From Setoptus koraiensis (taxonomy: Eukaryota; Animalia; Arthropoda), in contig CM106586.1 in NCBI GenBank assembly GCA_048013815.1, forward strand, positions 8,060,001 to 8,124,000: a stretch of 64,000 nt of DNA. The letters run 5' to 3'. Made by a program: the position numbers and the translations under genes. Shown here one piece after another: positions 48,901-63,321 of the stretch (position 1 is the first letter of the stretch; the number at the start of each line of letters is the position of its first letter). The notes under the pieces are model-generated. The model had not been told where the DNA came from. It saw only the letters and a program-made list of their open reading frames with translations, and made no database searches.

Positions 48901-49122
48901 GCCCCAACCATAAGCAATTTTATGGCGCAGTGTTTTGTTGTCACAATCGTGCACCAGGTGACCGGCGAGATACGGGGGCCCGCGACGGTCGCACAAGGTG
49001 CATTGTTAATAGTTTTGTTAATATTGGCGGCGCACAGCCAGCGATATTAACAGCACAAAATGGGGCCCCGATGCGGTCGCGATTCGCGAACTGTTATTGT
49101 CAGTGTTACTGTATTGTGCCGG

Positions 49123-49243
49123 CAGAGCGGGCCAGCATATCAAAAGCGGGCCGGCATATCAAAAGCGGGCCGGCATATCAAAAGCGGGCAAACGCATCGA
49201 AAGCGGGCAAAAATGTCAAAAGCGGGCAAAAATGTCAGAAGCG
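49123..49243. repeat. 19-bp minisatellite x~6 (CAAAAGCGGGCCGGCATAT, drifting to CAAAAGCGGGCAAAAATGT)
   Basis: Tandem units with a gradient of divergence. Confidence 0.8.
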
Positions 49244-52200
49244 AGGGGCCCGCGAGCTGTGTATCGGCATGTGTCAGGCGGCGGCCTAATCATGGGGCCC
49301 TAGCGGCCAGTCGCATGTAAAGCGACCGGATCGAGATCCGTGACAGGCCGCCTGTCAGGCTGGTTATTTGTGCGCCATTTGTGTGTGTGTGTGTGTCGCA
49401 AAATATTAATAATCCGGCTTCTCGTGGGCCCCATTCGCTAACCGCACACACACACACACACACGTTACGTAACAACACACACGCACACTCCGAAAATAGT
49501 TGCACTGCGAACGCGGGCCATTGTGCGAGCTGGGGCCCCGCAAGAATCTCATTAGGCCCACACGAGAGCGTTGCCTTCCGTCTCGGCGTAGCTGTCTCCA
49601 TATGGCAGCCGGTTCGCAGCAGTAGATTAGGCACACACACACACGCACACACAATGGGATTACGCAATGGCACACTTGTGGAGTGCACTGCGCACTGCAA
49701 TGGGGCCCGGCGGCCGCTGGTGCCGGGCCCCATTGCAGCCGTCGGGGCGATATGGCCGGCGATGAGTGAGACAGAGATGTTTCACTATCTCATACGCGCA
49801 CACTTGTGATATACATAGGCCCGGTTGTAGTTGTCGCAAGATTGTCTAGCCAGCGAGCGCGTGCACACACACACACACACACGCACACGTTACGTAACAA
49901 CACACACACACACACGTTGCGTAACAACACACACACACACACTACGTAACAAGGCACACATAATGTGAGTGCACCTAGCGACATTTCGGACACATCGTTT
50001 GCGAGCGGCGCCCAAGTGCGCGCCAAACAATGACACTCGGCCAAGTGGGTATCACTCACGGGCGGCCGCAGCAGCAGCACAACAGCGACCGCACAATCAC
50101 ACTAACAACGACAACAACCTGCAATCATTACGCAATATGCGCCGCTCGCCCAGTGCCGAGAGCGGCGCCGCCACCGAACCCGTGCCCAGGCCCGTGCACC
50201 GAACTCGTGCGCACGAGCACGAGCGAGAGCCGCGCATGGGGCCCACTGGAGCCAGACAGTGATATCATCGCTGTACAAAAATCATTCGTGCGAGAGCGTG
50301 TAAATATAATGCGACCACCGAAATCGCTCTGCTCCATCTACTGCAAATTGCGACCGGCGCGAGAGCTTAACAACAACGACAACCACGACAGCAACAACAA
50401 CACAGCCGGCAGCAACAACAGCAACCACGACAGCGACAACAACAGCACGGCCGACAGCGGCGCCCGTCGACAAACACGAGCCATTTGTCGCCCATGAGGG
50501 GCCCCAATTGGGCGATCGTTCAAACTTTGGCCCCTTTGTGGCGCTCGGCGTGTTCGCGGCGCTCGGCGTGTTTGTGTTTGTGCTGGCGCGTCGCCCTGCT
50601 CGGGGCCCCTATCGCTTGTTTGCTTACGTTGACGTTGTTAAAGGTATCGCCGCGTGTTGATTTTGTCGTTGTTGTCGCTGCGTCGTGCGTTGTGTGTCGT
50701 TGCATCATGCGTCGTGTGTGTGTGTGTGTGTGTGTGGTTTTGTGTCATGTAACAGTGCTGCTGCCGGTGATGCAATCGATGCCGCGGCGGCGGCCGCGGC
50801 GCCAGCAGGTGCGCCAGGTGAGGCACCGTTGGGGGGAACGCGACCGTGACCGCGCAAAAATAACACGCACAACAACAGCACGCGCTCGCAAAGATGATGC
50901 AATGGCCAGGTAAATTCACCGGAGGACCGATAGATATATAGAGATGCACAATGCAGGCGCAAACAAAGCTGCAGTCTAGACACGCCACGCAGCGCCTAAT
51001 GATTTGCCGCCGGGGCCCGTCGGGGGCCCCGCAGTTTGCGGGCAGTTTGGGGCCGGCGCAAACTGCCAGACTGGCGCCGCTGGACGTGGTCAGTGGGCTC
51101 GCTGCAACCAGTTTCGGCCGCCACTCGTGGCCCACGACAGCCGCTGGCCGCAATGCCGGCCCCCGCTGGCGCCACCAGCCGTCATGTGGGTATCCGCGCC
51201 GTAGGCCCACATAACAATGGCCTCTCTCGGCCCTCTCTCGGTCCCCTCTCGACCATCTCTCGGTCCTCTCTCGGCCCTCTCTTGGACCCCGTTTCGGGCT
51301 TAATCTCTAGCGCACGGATATCTGGCCAAATGCCGAGCCAGATATCGTGTGGCCAGATATCTGGCGGACCAGATTGGATTGTTTGCGAGCGCATCATCGC
51401 GCCCACCAACCAAGCTCCATATGGATTAGCGGCGGCTGATTTGATTGGCGCGCGCGCGCTCCCGGTTCCGGTCTATTGGAGCGCGACAATTGATTGTAAA
51501 ACTATCGCCCGTCGGCCCGGCCCGCCGGGGCCCCATTCGACCAATCTGGCTAGTTGTTGTGAATAGTGGCCAAAAATGCCCGTGCAGCGAGCCTGCGAGC
51601 GCACAAATCGCCGCACGGGCTGCTCATTTCGGGCGCCACTTGCTAGCCGGCCCGACAAGTTGGATACCTGGCGCCGAATACCGTTGCTGTCGTAACTGCA
51701 TATATAGCTGCAGATATACATAGTTGGAGCGCAATATGCGCCGTCTATCGGCCAATGCGCTACACGACTGTTACAAGATTATTCATGAGCTTCGGGATAA
51801 AATGCCCAAATCAGTTGGACGGCACAATGTTGTTGTCGAAAGGCGATTGGCGACACAGTGGCCATACTCTAATTCGGTCGCTATATACACATTGTCCAAT
51901 TACAGGCACGCTGGCCGGCCAAGCGAGATTGCGCTCGCCCGCCAGTCGATTTTGCATGCCGGCCAAGACGTGAAATGCTCGCGATGATTCCTGGCCCGGG
52001 AATCCTGGGGCCCCAATTAAAATTCGGCCACTTGGCGGCGAGCCAATGGATGCACAAATCGAATAGCATATCGACACACTCGGCACAGTGACAATATGCG
52101 CGTGCGGATAAATTGCATTAGTTTACAAAGTTCGCCCGCCGGTGGCCAATTGGTTTCTGGCATCAATTCTTGGCAAGATTGTGGCTCGTCTGCGCCCAAT

Positions 52201-54242
52201 ACCCAGAATTGGGGCCAGAATATCCGCGAGTGAGGCCATTCGAGCGGTGCAACACGGGTGAGTCAGGGCTGATTGGTTAGAGCCGCTGCCGACGTCGCTC
52301 GGGCCGGGCGATTGTTGACCGGAAATTGTTGTGGTTGTTGCCAAATGTTACAATGCCCGCACGATGACCGATGGGCCGGGCCGGGCCGGCCGAGTGAGGC
52401 TCGTCAGCGGGGCCAAACTTGTCGTTGTTGCGACTCACAACTTGCAAGCTGCCGACAATGGGGCCCGCAGTGGACAATGCTATTTTTGCATTGTTTGTTG
52501 TGCGGCATGCCAGCTTGCCAAGACTTGCACTCTCGCGTGCTTGAGCCGCTCAAGTTGAGCGAGCTCGTTGGGGCCGCTGGCAAAAATTCGGCATCAATTC
52601 GGACGATTTGCCGAAGCGAGCGAGCCGAGCAAGGTGAGTTACAACTGCGCGCTGAGTTATGACATAATTGCCATCACACGAGACCACAAGACAAGATATT
52701 GGCAAGCCGGTCGCACACTTCCTGTGGCACACGTGCTCGTGTGTGCACAGCGCACAACTGTGCCTGCCCGTCCGGCCCCAGTTGCGACCGGGCCCCAGTT
52801 GCGATCTGGCCCCAGTTGCGTATTTAAATCTGTCCGACGGCCGGGGTCTGAGCTGCGTGCAAGCTTGCAATTGAGAGAGATTACCTTATCAGGTCAGGCT
52901 TGTCGGCTTGTGGGGCCCGTGACGTGGGCCCCAACTGGACGGGCACGGGGCTGACGTGCGCGCGCGCGCACTGTGCCCGCCGGAATGGGCCCACTTCGAC
53001 ATTTGGCCCGCTCAAATGTCGAAGTGGCTCAAATGTCTTGCTGTCTGTTTATATCTCTCCGGTGATGGCAACATAAACACACACACACACACACCACGAC
53101 TAACTTTGTTCTTTGTCGAGCGTACAAACAAGCTTGGCGAGCGCGAAGCGGATAATTCCGGGCCGCACGACAGGGGCCAACGAAACGTTGCCACTCTGGC
53201 AAGCAGAGCGAAACAGCGCGAAAGGAAAACAAGCCTCGAGAGCAAACAAGAGGCCCCTTTGTCTATCCGCTGAGGCATTGTTGTTTGGCGTCGGCATCAT
53301 GGGCTTGGCGCGCCCCCACTGCGCCAAACCGATCTGACGAGACTGGCCAAACGGATCGGGTCGAACTGATCTGGCCAAACCGGCCAAAGGTTACACGCGA
53401 GACGCGGGGCACGTTCCGCTTGCGGGCCAAGACGGGCCCAGGGGCCAGAGGGGCCCAGGGGGCCGGAGATGATCATGTTGTTTGATGTTGTTTCTGGCGA
53501 GCGAGCGAGTGATCGTTGATCCGCCAGCCAGACACATCTGACGGCGATAAATAGCTTAATGGCGGCGCGACGCGACGCGGCTCGGCTCGATTACTGCAGC
53601 CGCTGGCCGCTGGCGACCAATGGTAAAAATGTGCGCCGGTTCGTTTGCGCTGCGGGCCCCAGTTTGCCGCCACCAGGTCGCCGAGCGCGCCCCAACTCGT
53701 GAGTGGGCCCCAACTCGTGAGCGGACCCCTCAGCGAGCCGTCAGTTGTGGCCAGTGGTGGCCGGCGCCGGCTACAACAACGCGGCGGATATGGCACGGAT
53801 AACAAGTGTCGGCAAACGATATTGCAATCACGTAGCTATTGATTCATGCTGGCCAGCGAGTCGCACATCCGACAACAACAAACAAAGGTCGCAACACAAA
53901 CACGGGCCGGGCCGGCACAGTTTTGCAGCAATCATTAGATTACGTTGTTATCGGCGATGCTCGTGGGCTCAGCGAATCGCTCGAATTATCGCTCGCTTGT
54001 GTGATCAATGGTAATTCGTTGGGGCCACCAAATGAGCATCGGCCGAATTATAATGGCGGCGCGGCCATTGTGCCACTGCCAGCGCCACCGATCACTCGAT
54101 GACGGCCCTCGATGGCTCAAGCGGCCACACGTAACACTGTGTGTTACGCAATTGGGCCTCGGCAAACAGCGCCGAGCCTCTTTTTGCAGCCATCGCGCCA
54201 TCTCCGGCCACTTGGGCCGCTCCGTTGGAGCCGCGCTAGCCA

Positions 54243-54332
54243 TCGAATTTGCAAGCGACGCGTCGGGGCCCCTCGAATTTGCAAGCTACGCGTCGGGGCC
54301 CCTCGAATTTGCAAGCAAGCCGTTGGGGCCCC
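54243..54332. repeat. 30-bp minisatellite x3 (TCGAATTTGCAAGCGACGCGTCGGGGCCCC)
   Basis: Tandem units read directly. Confidence 0.85.
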
Positions 54333-55869
54333 AGCTCGAACGCGGCTGCGAGCCATCGGTGCCTTCAAAGGCGCGGCAGCGATACCGCACAACGATGAGA
54401 CCCGTTGCGAGTATTCCGGGCGCGGCGTTCCGGGAGCGGTATCCCGAGAGCCGGTGCACTGGCGAGACCTGGCCGCTCGGCCATGCCGGGCAGCAGCGCC
54501 AAATAGTGCGCGCTGAGAGAAAACGCCGCCGAGCGGCCGCCAGCAACAACAACTAATGGCCGCTAATGTAATATATATGTAATGTATAGTGTTTATATAA
54601 TATAATTTGATTAGAAGCGAGCGCACTTGTCGTGCCGGCCAATCGGAGACGAGGCTCCGCAATGGCCCCAATCAAGCGTCACTCGCTCTCGCGCGCTCTC
54701 ATCACAGAGAGGCGACAGAGTGAGCGGGCCGGCGGACTGTGCAACTGGAGCGAGCCAGTCGGACAGATTGGAGGCCCAGATAGCGGGGCCCCCGTTCATT
54801 GTATGTTATGTGATATATAGCGCGGATTATATAATATGTAACGTGACGTAATGTTACCGCTGCCACTGATGTCGCTGTCGTTGTTGTTGTTGTTGTTGCT
54901 GTTGTTGTGTTGCTAGTGATGATTGCGTTGCGCCCATAATCATGCTCACCAATGCCACTGGGCCACTGGTTAAATTGTTGGCTATTACGCAATGCTAATA
55001 GGTTGCTGCTCAAACATTGCTCGTCGGCCAATCGTCGGACATTGGATACTCGCCGGGCCGGCCACTGGCCGCGCAACCCGCGGCTAACTCAATTAAACAA
55101 TTGCACATTGGCGCCCCCTGACCGTCGCCGGCAATCACTGCCAATGGGCGCGCGTATAAGCAGGTTGCGTGTTACACACACACACATTTGATAGGTTACG
55201 TAACTATTGAGTGAGTAACACTTGTGCGTATTACGCAGTTAAACAGGCACGCAACGCCATTACGCAACTGCACGTCAAGTTGCGATCGCCAGCAATCGCT
55301 GAATGGCCCCCAGTCAAAAGTCGATTCAACATTCATTGGGGCCCGGCAATTTACACTTTGGGGGCGATTTTGGCACGCTGGCGAGTTGAGTGCGCCCAGT
55401 TCGCCCACAACAACAGCCACAACAACAACAACAACAGCAGCCTCAACAACAACAGCCACAACAACGGCGACAACAACACCGGCGACAACAACAGCCAGCA
55501 CGCGCAAACCCAAACGGGGGCGAGTAGCAAGAGGGGGCGAGTAGTAACAGGGGCCGAGTAGTAAGAGGGGGCCCGTAATAACCACTGGCCGGCACGCACT
55601 TCCGAGCCGCCGACGATGGACGTGAGAGGCCGCCAGTCGGCCCTTGTTGTTACTGACTTGTTATTTATCAGCGAGTCAGTTTGCGAGTCACAGTTTGTGC
55701 CATCTCTCCGCACTTTTCCAGCTTGTAACTCCAACTTTTACGCGGGCCCCAGTCGACACTCCAGTCGAGCCTGTGCAAATTTACAACCGAATCCTTGCGA
55801 CTCGCAAGTTGTGAGGCGCGCTCAAGACGCCAAGCGCCTTGGCGCCCATTTTTGTCAATTTTCGCCGAT

Positions 55870-55950
55870 ATTCGTCAATTTTCACCCATTTTGCCAATTT
55901 TCTCCCGTTTTGCCAATTCTCTCCCGTTTTGCCAATTCTCTCCCATTTTC
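55870..55950. repeat. 19-bp minisatellite x~4 (TTTTGCCAATTCTCTCCCG)
   Basis: Tandem units read directly. Confidence 0.75.
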
Positions 55951-56309
55951 GTCAACGTTTGTCGAGTCACGGGCCCAATTCAGACCGGCGGCAATTTGGC
56001 CGACGAGACAACCAATGTTGCTCGTTGGCAATGAGTGATGGCGTCGGTGCGGCTTAGTCGCATCGCTCGCGTGCCCGCCGCCGCCCGGGCGCGACCGATG
56101 CCAGCCGCTGACCGCTCCAGCCCCCACTCGCCACAGCATAGACACAGGCGCCAGACGAGGCCCCAGGTGAGCCGGCCGAGGCACCGCGCGAGCCCGTAAC
56201 GCCCGACGGGCCCAAGATGCGCCCGTAATTGCGTCTAGCGGCAACCAGCTCCGGGGCGGTCGTAGTTGCGGTTGTTGCGGCCGCCGTTGCGGCTGCTGTG
56301 GTTGTTATC

Positions 56310-56433
56310 GCTGTTGCTGTTGTTGCTGTTGTTGCTGTTGTTGCTGTTGTTGCTGTTGTTGCTGTTGTTGCTGTTGTTGCTGTTGTTGCTGTTGTTGCTG
56401 TTGTCGCTGTTGCTGTTGTCGCTGCTGTTGTTG
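56310..56433. repeat. (GTTGCTGTT)n 9-bp compound triplet repeat
   Basis: More than ten near-perfect units in intron 1. Confidence 0.9.
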
Positions 56434-58226
56434 GCGGGTTGTTGTCCACAAGTAAACATGCGCGAGAACAGCGAAAAGAGCTCCCCGGAGAGAAGTCAAG
56501 CTGTGAGTGGCCAGCGAGCGAAAGAATTGCCATCGGGCCGGCCCGGCGAGACCCGCCAAATGACATGACACAAAGTAGATGAATGCACTCGCTCGCTTGG
56601 CCCCGGCCGCGCTGTGCCCCCGGCCGGGCTTGTGCGCCCCCCGCCGGTCGGCGGATTATTCATTTCGGGGGGCCAGTCGCTTGTCTTGCTCGTTTGGCCT
56701 CTTCGGTCAGTTTGGCGCACCGTCTCCACTGCTCCCCTCGCGTGTCTTCACTGCTCCCCTCGCGTGTCTTGCCTGCTGCTTTTTCGCGCCGCTAGGTGTG
56801 CCCAAAAAACCGAGCGACACAATGACAACAACCACACAATGTATCGCTCACTGTGACTCTCGTGGCTCGGCACGTGAGGGGCGTGCTGGGCACCGCTGTT
56901 CGCATCGCGCCGGGCCGGCCCGAACAGGACCAGACCAGACTGAACCGGGCAAGACCGGGACAAGTGCGGACGAGACCGGGACAAGTGCGGACAAGAGCGC
57001 GACAGTCCATATGTCGACGGGCCGGACCGGGCCGGGTTAGTGTGTATGGCTGGATCTGGTGAGCGAATGGCGGCCTCTGCGGGATTACATTGTTGCAGCG
57101 GCGGACATTGTCGCGCGGCCGGCCACTGCGACCGGCCAACAATGGGCCCGAGCCAGCAACGACAGTCTGAGTTCTTTGTCTGGCGCTGCGAGCTTTGCTC
57201 GGGGCCCCGGCGGCCAGTTCGCTAGTTGGCAAGCGAGATTATCATTATGTTTATCCATTTTCTCTTTGCTTGCCAGTGCGGCCGGCCTCTAATCTAGCCT
57301 TTGGCACACAAGCCTTTATTGGATTACTATTGTGGTGACTGGACGCGGGCGACGATATTCAATATTATTGAATTGGGCCCAATTTTAGCGGGCAGCTGGC
57401 GAGGGCCCCAATTCACGCGATCGCGCACAGTATAGATATACGCGTCGATCGGGCGCATGCGATCGCTCAGAGGCCAGCGAGCGCGGGGCGATAATACGCT
57501 GGCGAGCCCATTACCACACCATGGGGCCGGCGCATTATCGCTTCGGCCGCGACATCGCTGCGGCCGCCGCACTCTGGCCGTGGGGCCCGGAGCAATATCG
57601 CGCGAACGGATCCGGCCTAGGTAGACACGAGTCGGCACTTAGTGACGGCGCACCTTCGACTGGCGCTCTAAGTGCGGCTCCCGGATCGCGCCCGTGCACT
57701 GCGATGGCGCGGAGCGGCGCGCCGCGCCGCGCCGGGATCCGATTATGCGATTGTCGCAATGTGTGCGCGGCGCACACAATTGCCATATATTGAATATAAT
57801 ATATCATCATATTCAATGGCGAGCGGCCGCATCTGGGCGCCGGATTCGGCGGATTGGACGCGCCGCCGGACTCAACGCGCCCCTGGATATAAATAACTGG
57901 CCCCAAAATAAGCGCCTGATTTGATAATCGATTAGCCTGGTCTCACAATGAACACGACACATATACACGAGCACACATAGCGTGAAACTTTGTGCCGGCA
58001 CGCAGTGTGCCAGTCAATGGGGCCCGCGCATAATCAGGGGCCCCGTCGGAAGCGCGCGCCAGCCAAACACCGGCCAAACAGCTACTCAATATGCATTAGG
58101 GCGGCGGGCACGCGCCGTTATGTCGAAAGTGATTACATATCTGTGAAATAACTGGCTGCTACACAACAGTTGCGACAACAATTATCTCTTTATCTCAATT
58201 ATTATCGCACTCGCGAGCGAGCGAGC

Positions 58227-58346
<120 letters not shown>

Positions 58347-60386
58347 AGTGACAAGTGGGCCGCTTGTCAGTTGCATCATTTGTTTGTAGTTGCAGTGCAG
58401 CTAATTGAAAATGCTCGTTGCGCGAGCCGGGCCGGGCCGTGCCGGTCCCCCGTGCCCGATAATGAGTCATCGCGATGGCGCCGCACAATCATGACTCATG
58501 TACCGCCGCCGCCGCCGCCGCATTGCTATTCCGCGCACACCGCGCCACAACTCTCGGTACACCATTTTCCAATTAGCGCGGCCGGATGTTTCGTCGGGCT
58601 CGTCCGCTCTGTCGAATCGGCATCAAATGTTGATAGAATGTCGCTCGGTGCAACCGACACTGATCGCTCGTTATGTAAGTTATATGTATAACTCTATGTA
58701 ACTCACACACCTCGGCCTGCAATATCTGCCCCATATCTGCCGTATATCCGTCGTGTATCTGTCGTGTATCGGTGCAATGAGCGACACCATAACCATACAA
58801 TAACGGACCAGATAAACGGGGGGCACCGCAGCAAAAAGACCCCAGAAAGAGACGCTGCATTCTGTCGTGCACAATGTCGAGAATCCGTGGCGAAATGCCC
58901 CGAACGCCACACCAGCCAAATTGAATTGAACGCAAAATGATGACGAGAATACCCCGATTTGCTCGCTGTGTGGCTGGCGCGCCCGAAGGGGCGCAGGGTG
59001 AATTGGCGAGACGACAACAATGCCACCTAACCTGCACAATACAGTGTGCGGGCCCATTTGTCGGATTGCCCGTTCGTCGCGCTGCCGCTTGTCGCGTTGG
59101 CCGTTGCGATCGGGGTAAATTCATGGGATAATTCAGATGCAAGCTGTCGATTGGTGTGAGTTGTTTGGCGACAATTGTCGCCCAACCGCCAGTTATAAAC
59201 CGATCGGCCTGGCTATGTGGCCAATGCACGCAACAACCCGCAACAAATACGCGATATATCCGCTATAAGAGACATACCCGCTATACGCGATATGCCCGAT
59301 GTACCCGATGTACGCAATGCACCAGATTGCATCAGATTGGCGCTGTTATTTTGGCACTAATGATTCTTTTATCCAGTGCAAGTAGCTGTCCGTTTGATGG
59401 CGCCACCATTGGCCGCATCGCTCGATTGCCTGGGCGCTGAACAGCGGCGCTCAGGTGAAATCTAGCGAAAGACAAGCTCAATTGAGACAATATCCATTTG
59501 AGATAATTCGAGCGCCTCAGCCGGCAATTGCTATGCCGCATCTCGCAATTGCAATGCCGCAGCTTGGCAAGCAACCACGGCTTGGCAATTGCAGCCCAGG
59601 GGCCTCAGTCAGCGTGGGCGCGATTTGACTGCTGCACTGAGCGACTGGAGCACGAATGCGCCAGCGGTGCCCACTAATAACCAGAGATAAGCAAATTTAA
59701 CAAATACGCATTGCATATACACTAAATCGGTGCCAATTGAGGCGCCGCTCATTGCAAGTATCACACTAATAGTGCGCCACATATTGCCTAGTGGCTAAGA
59801 GCTAACCAGATAGCCAACTTGGCGCCGTCGTGGGCCGATAGGTGGCACGCATGAGTGGATACGCTTGCAGTGGTCTGCTTTCAAACGCGAACTTTAAAAT
59901 GGAAATGCCCGCTAGGTGCTTTGTTTTTGGCGTGACGAATTCGCGGGGCCCCTGTGGCCCGCGACTGCTGGCCGGGCGACTGCTGGCATGTGACTATTGG
60001 AGCATTAACGCTGCGAGGCGCCACCGCTCAATGCCGCCTGAAGCCGCCTGAGGCCGCTCGGTACCCGCCGGTGCCGCTCGATTCTGGCGCCAGCGTTGAC
60101 CGGCCAAAGCCCAGAGGAGCCCTGGTCACGCGAGACTTGACCCGCCGCGCCCGATCGACATGAGTGGCGAGCGGGCATGTTTGTAGCGGCGGCGGCGGCG
60201 GCGGCTTGATCGATCACCCGCCGCTATGCGGCCGCGCGGCAGCTATGCCATTGGCACAGTCGCCGGCGCGACACTAGCGACTTTCGCGACTTCTGGCCAG
60301 AGTGGCCAAAAGTCGCGTCGGGCAGCACGAACGACGCCAAAATAATAATCAAGTTGTAGCCACTGATCGATCACTCGAGCACTCAC

Positions 60387-61610
60387 CTTGATACAATTGC
60401 TGGCAACCACCAGCTGGCCGCTAATTAGTCGCTGTTGTTGTCGCTGGCCGCTCTGTTGATTGGCCTGATCTTGCTGCAGTGGCTGCTGTTGTTGTTGTGG
60501 CTGCTGTTGTTGCTGATGTTGTAACTGTTGTTGTTGTTGCTGCTGCTGCTGTTGTTGCTGTTGTAGTTGCTGCTGGAGGAGCAGTTGCAGCGAAGCGGTT
60601 GCGCTCACATTGTTGTCTATTGTCGACTGCAAATCGATGGTCGTCTTGGACGTCTCGGCCTCATGATATTTGTCACAATAGCTGCCCTCTAGGAATATGA
60701 CACCTGTTAGTTTGCTCAACAGCGTCGCCTGCGTTATTGTCGACGATATCGTCTTGCCGGGCACAGTCGTTGTGGAGCGGCCAATTATCTGGTCGTTGTG
60801 CAACATGTAATGATTGCTGATGCCCGATATAGACGACGTATCACAGTAGTTTGCCAGGGCCCTGCCGCCCTCACCCACGGGCGCTGCGTTCGCTTGTGCG
60901 CTTGTCTTGGCGCTGTTTTGGCCGCCGATTTGCTGATGATTTTGTTGGTTTTGCTGGTTTTGCGGGTTGTGAAATAAAATTTGTGCGCTATTGTTTGTGC
61001 CGCTGCCTGCATCATCACAATAAAAATATAGATTATTATTATCACCTGTCGCTTGATTATTGTCGCATGTTGATTGTTTCGTTGGTGTTTGCGTCAAATC
61101 GGCCTGCTTTTGCTTGCTCGAGGCCTGGCTGAACTTGAAGCTGGTGGTCTTGGCGTTTGTTGTCTTCGACGATTCTTGGTTGGCGCCGCTGCTGCTGCTG
61201 AAATAAGAAAAATATTTGTTCTTTATGGGCGTCGATTGATTTGATCCAGATTGACCGGACAACGTCGACTGAATTGAGTGGCTCGAGCCGCCTCTGTTGA
61301 CCGTGGTGCTGGTCGTCTGCTGCTGCTGCTGCTGCTGTTGCGAGTGACTGTGGGCCGGCGAGCTGGGCGCCGCCACAGTTGCCGGTGGCAACTCATTGCT
61401 GTTTGTTGGCAAATTTAAATCGAAATAAAACAACAAATTCTCAAATAATAAAAACCATTTCAATCTCCATTTTGCGCTGGGCGAACTGCGCTTGTACAGG
61501 AAGCCGCGTAGACAATTATCGTTGAGTCCTTTCTCGGCTAATGCCAACAATTGTAGCTCGTTTATATGTATGTTCAGGCGTGGTTGACCACTGCGAAATT
61601 TACTTATCAT
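60387..61610 (-). CDS. RasGRF: RasGRF exon 1: N-terminal part of PH1 with inserts
   Basis: ATG at 61610. LRGFLYKRSSPSAKWRLKWFLLFENLLFYF and KLTGVIFLEGSYCD match RasGRF PH1 strands. Donor AAG|GTGAGT at 60386, phase 0, fits exon 2. Confidence 0.9.
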
Positions 61611-61668
61611 GGTTCCACTGTCGACAACAATCGACAATTATGATAATGACAATTATTATCACGCTAAT

Positions 61669-61796
61669 TGGTATTGTCGACCGCTGGTATTGTCGACCGC
61701 TGGTATTGTCGACCGCTGGTATTGTCGATGGTTGGTGCTGTCTACCGCTGGTATTGCCGACAGTTGGCGCTGTCGATGGTTGGTATTGTCGATAAT
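61669..61796. repeat. 16-bp minisatellite x8 (TGGTATTGTCGACCGC)
   Basis: Eight units; the first three are identical. The array starts 59 bp upstream of the RasGRF ATG. Confidence 0.9.
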
Positions 61797-63321
61797 TAGT
61801 GTTGTCGATGGCAGCTCGACAAAGCTGAAGATTGGCGACACTCGGCTAATTGACTAATCTTGGCTGCTCAACGCTCGATTGACACCATTGAATCAGACCA
61901 TCGAGTTGAATGTAAGTGTATCCTGAAAGCTCTCATCAATCATACGGCGCAATGTGCCACTGATTGACACTGACTCGTCGCTAAGCTCATTTGTCGCCGC
62001 TTCGTGTGATCTAATAATTAACGACTTAATGACTTTGCACGACATTCGCTCCGACGGTGCGCTCGTAAACTGCTGCTAACGACGCCTGATGATCAAATCT
62101 CAACTGCTCCTATCTGTGTGTGTGTGTACCTACTGTTACGAGTTTTCTATTAATTGACTAACTAACAACTAAATTATTAACTATCCAAAACTGGGCTAAA
62201 TGTTTCTGATGGAAGTCACATCTATGATGTGATTTTGTTTCGTTGTTGCTATATTTGCTACACTTGCTATATTTGCATGCTGCTTCTAACTGGCTAACTG
62301 CTCGATGCTGGCTCACAGGATGCGAGTTGCGTAAGGTTGTGTCGTCTTATCGTCGCTCGCTTGATACATTGACATTTAATGAGCTCGTAATTGTAACACA
62401 TAATGCCAATCACGCTCACTTTACAAACACCCAACTACCTACTGATAATAACTGTTATCGCAGCCACCAACACAAACAAACCAACAAAGACACTGTCATT
62501 CGCTTGTCGTCGTTGTTGTCGCTGTTGTCGCTGTTGTCGCTGTTGTCGCTGTTGTTGCTGTTGTTGCTGTTGTTGCTGTTGTTGCTGGCGCTAGTGTTGC
62601 CGTCGCTGGCCACTGTATCACTGACACCAAACACCTAAAAACTGCAACTACCAACTACAAGCCACCGTGCAAAATCCAATCTTCAGACCAGCCATAAGAT
62701 GTGACAAACAACAGCTACAGATAACTCAAGTGAGAGTGCGCCATAATCTAATAATAAGTCCGTTAACTCTCTACTCACACCAGTTATTTGTTGATGTTAC
62801 GTAAGATTACGACGCATAACACACAGAGAAGCGCCTGGCAACTTTGGGCCGGCCCACTGCTGCCATCTATTGGTGGCCCCAAATCTAACTATATTTAACC
62901 AGGGCATACATCGTATTCTTGTTGTCATACATTCTTATTGTGTGTTCTCACAGACAGATGGCGCTGATTACAAACTCAACTAGAAGGCTCCCAACTCCGA
63001 ACAAACGATAGTAGCCATCAACCAGAGGTGCCCCTCACATTATGACTTGACACATGGCGACATCTGGTTGCCAGAGACCGATTACCATCTGTGTTCAATA
63101 TTATACAAGCAGAAAATTCGCGCTCACCTTAATTTTACATTGTTTACAAACCATTTCTCTTACAATTGTTAGTCTGGGGCGCCTCTGGCGGACAATTTCT
63201 GAAGTTCCATCCTTGGCTTGAACACGCCGAAGCACAAAACACATGTCAGTTGTTGTTAAAATGTTTAGGGTTCCATAACAATACAAATCAAACCTTGGCT
63301 GATAATGATCATTTGATAATC

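Noticed and set aside
63010-63286. Minus-strand CKQC-containing ORF; joined to the next segment it mimics the L36 zinc-ribbon spacing (CxxC-x12-C-x5-H) or an Rpr2/RPP21 motif
   Set aside because: The L36-like join needs a frame that the available GT/AG sites do not give. The spliceable frame uses a 39-nt intron and yields 56 aa with no second Cys pair.
63166-63321. N-terminal extension of the mRpL34 ORF shown in the ORF track
   Set aside because: It starts at a non-ATG codon; the first ATG giving a transit peptide plus bL34 core is 63322.
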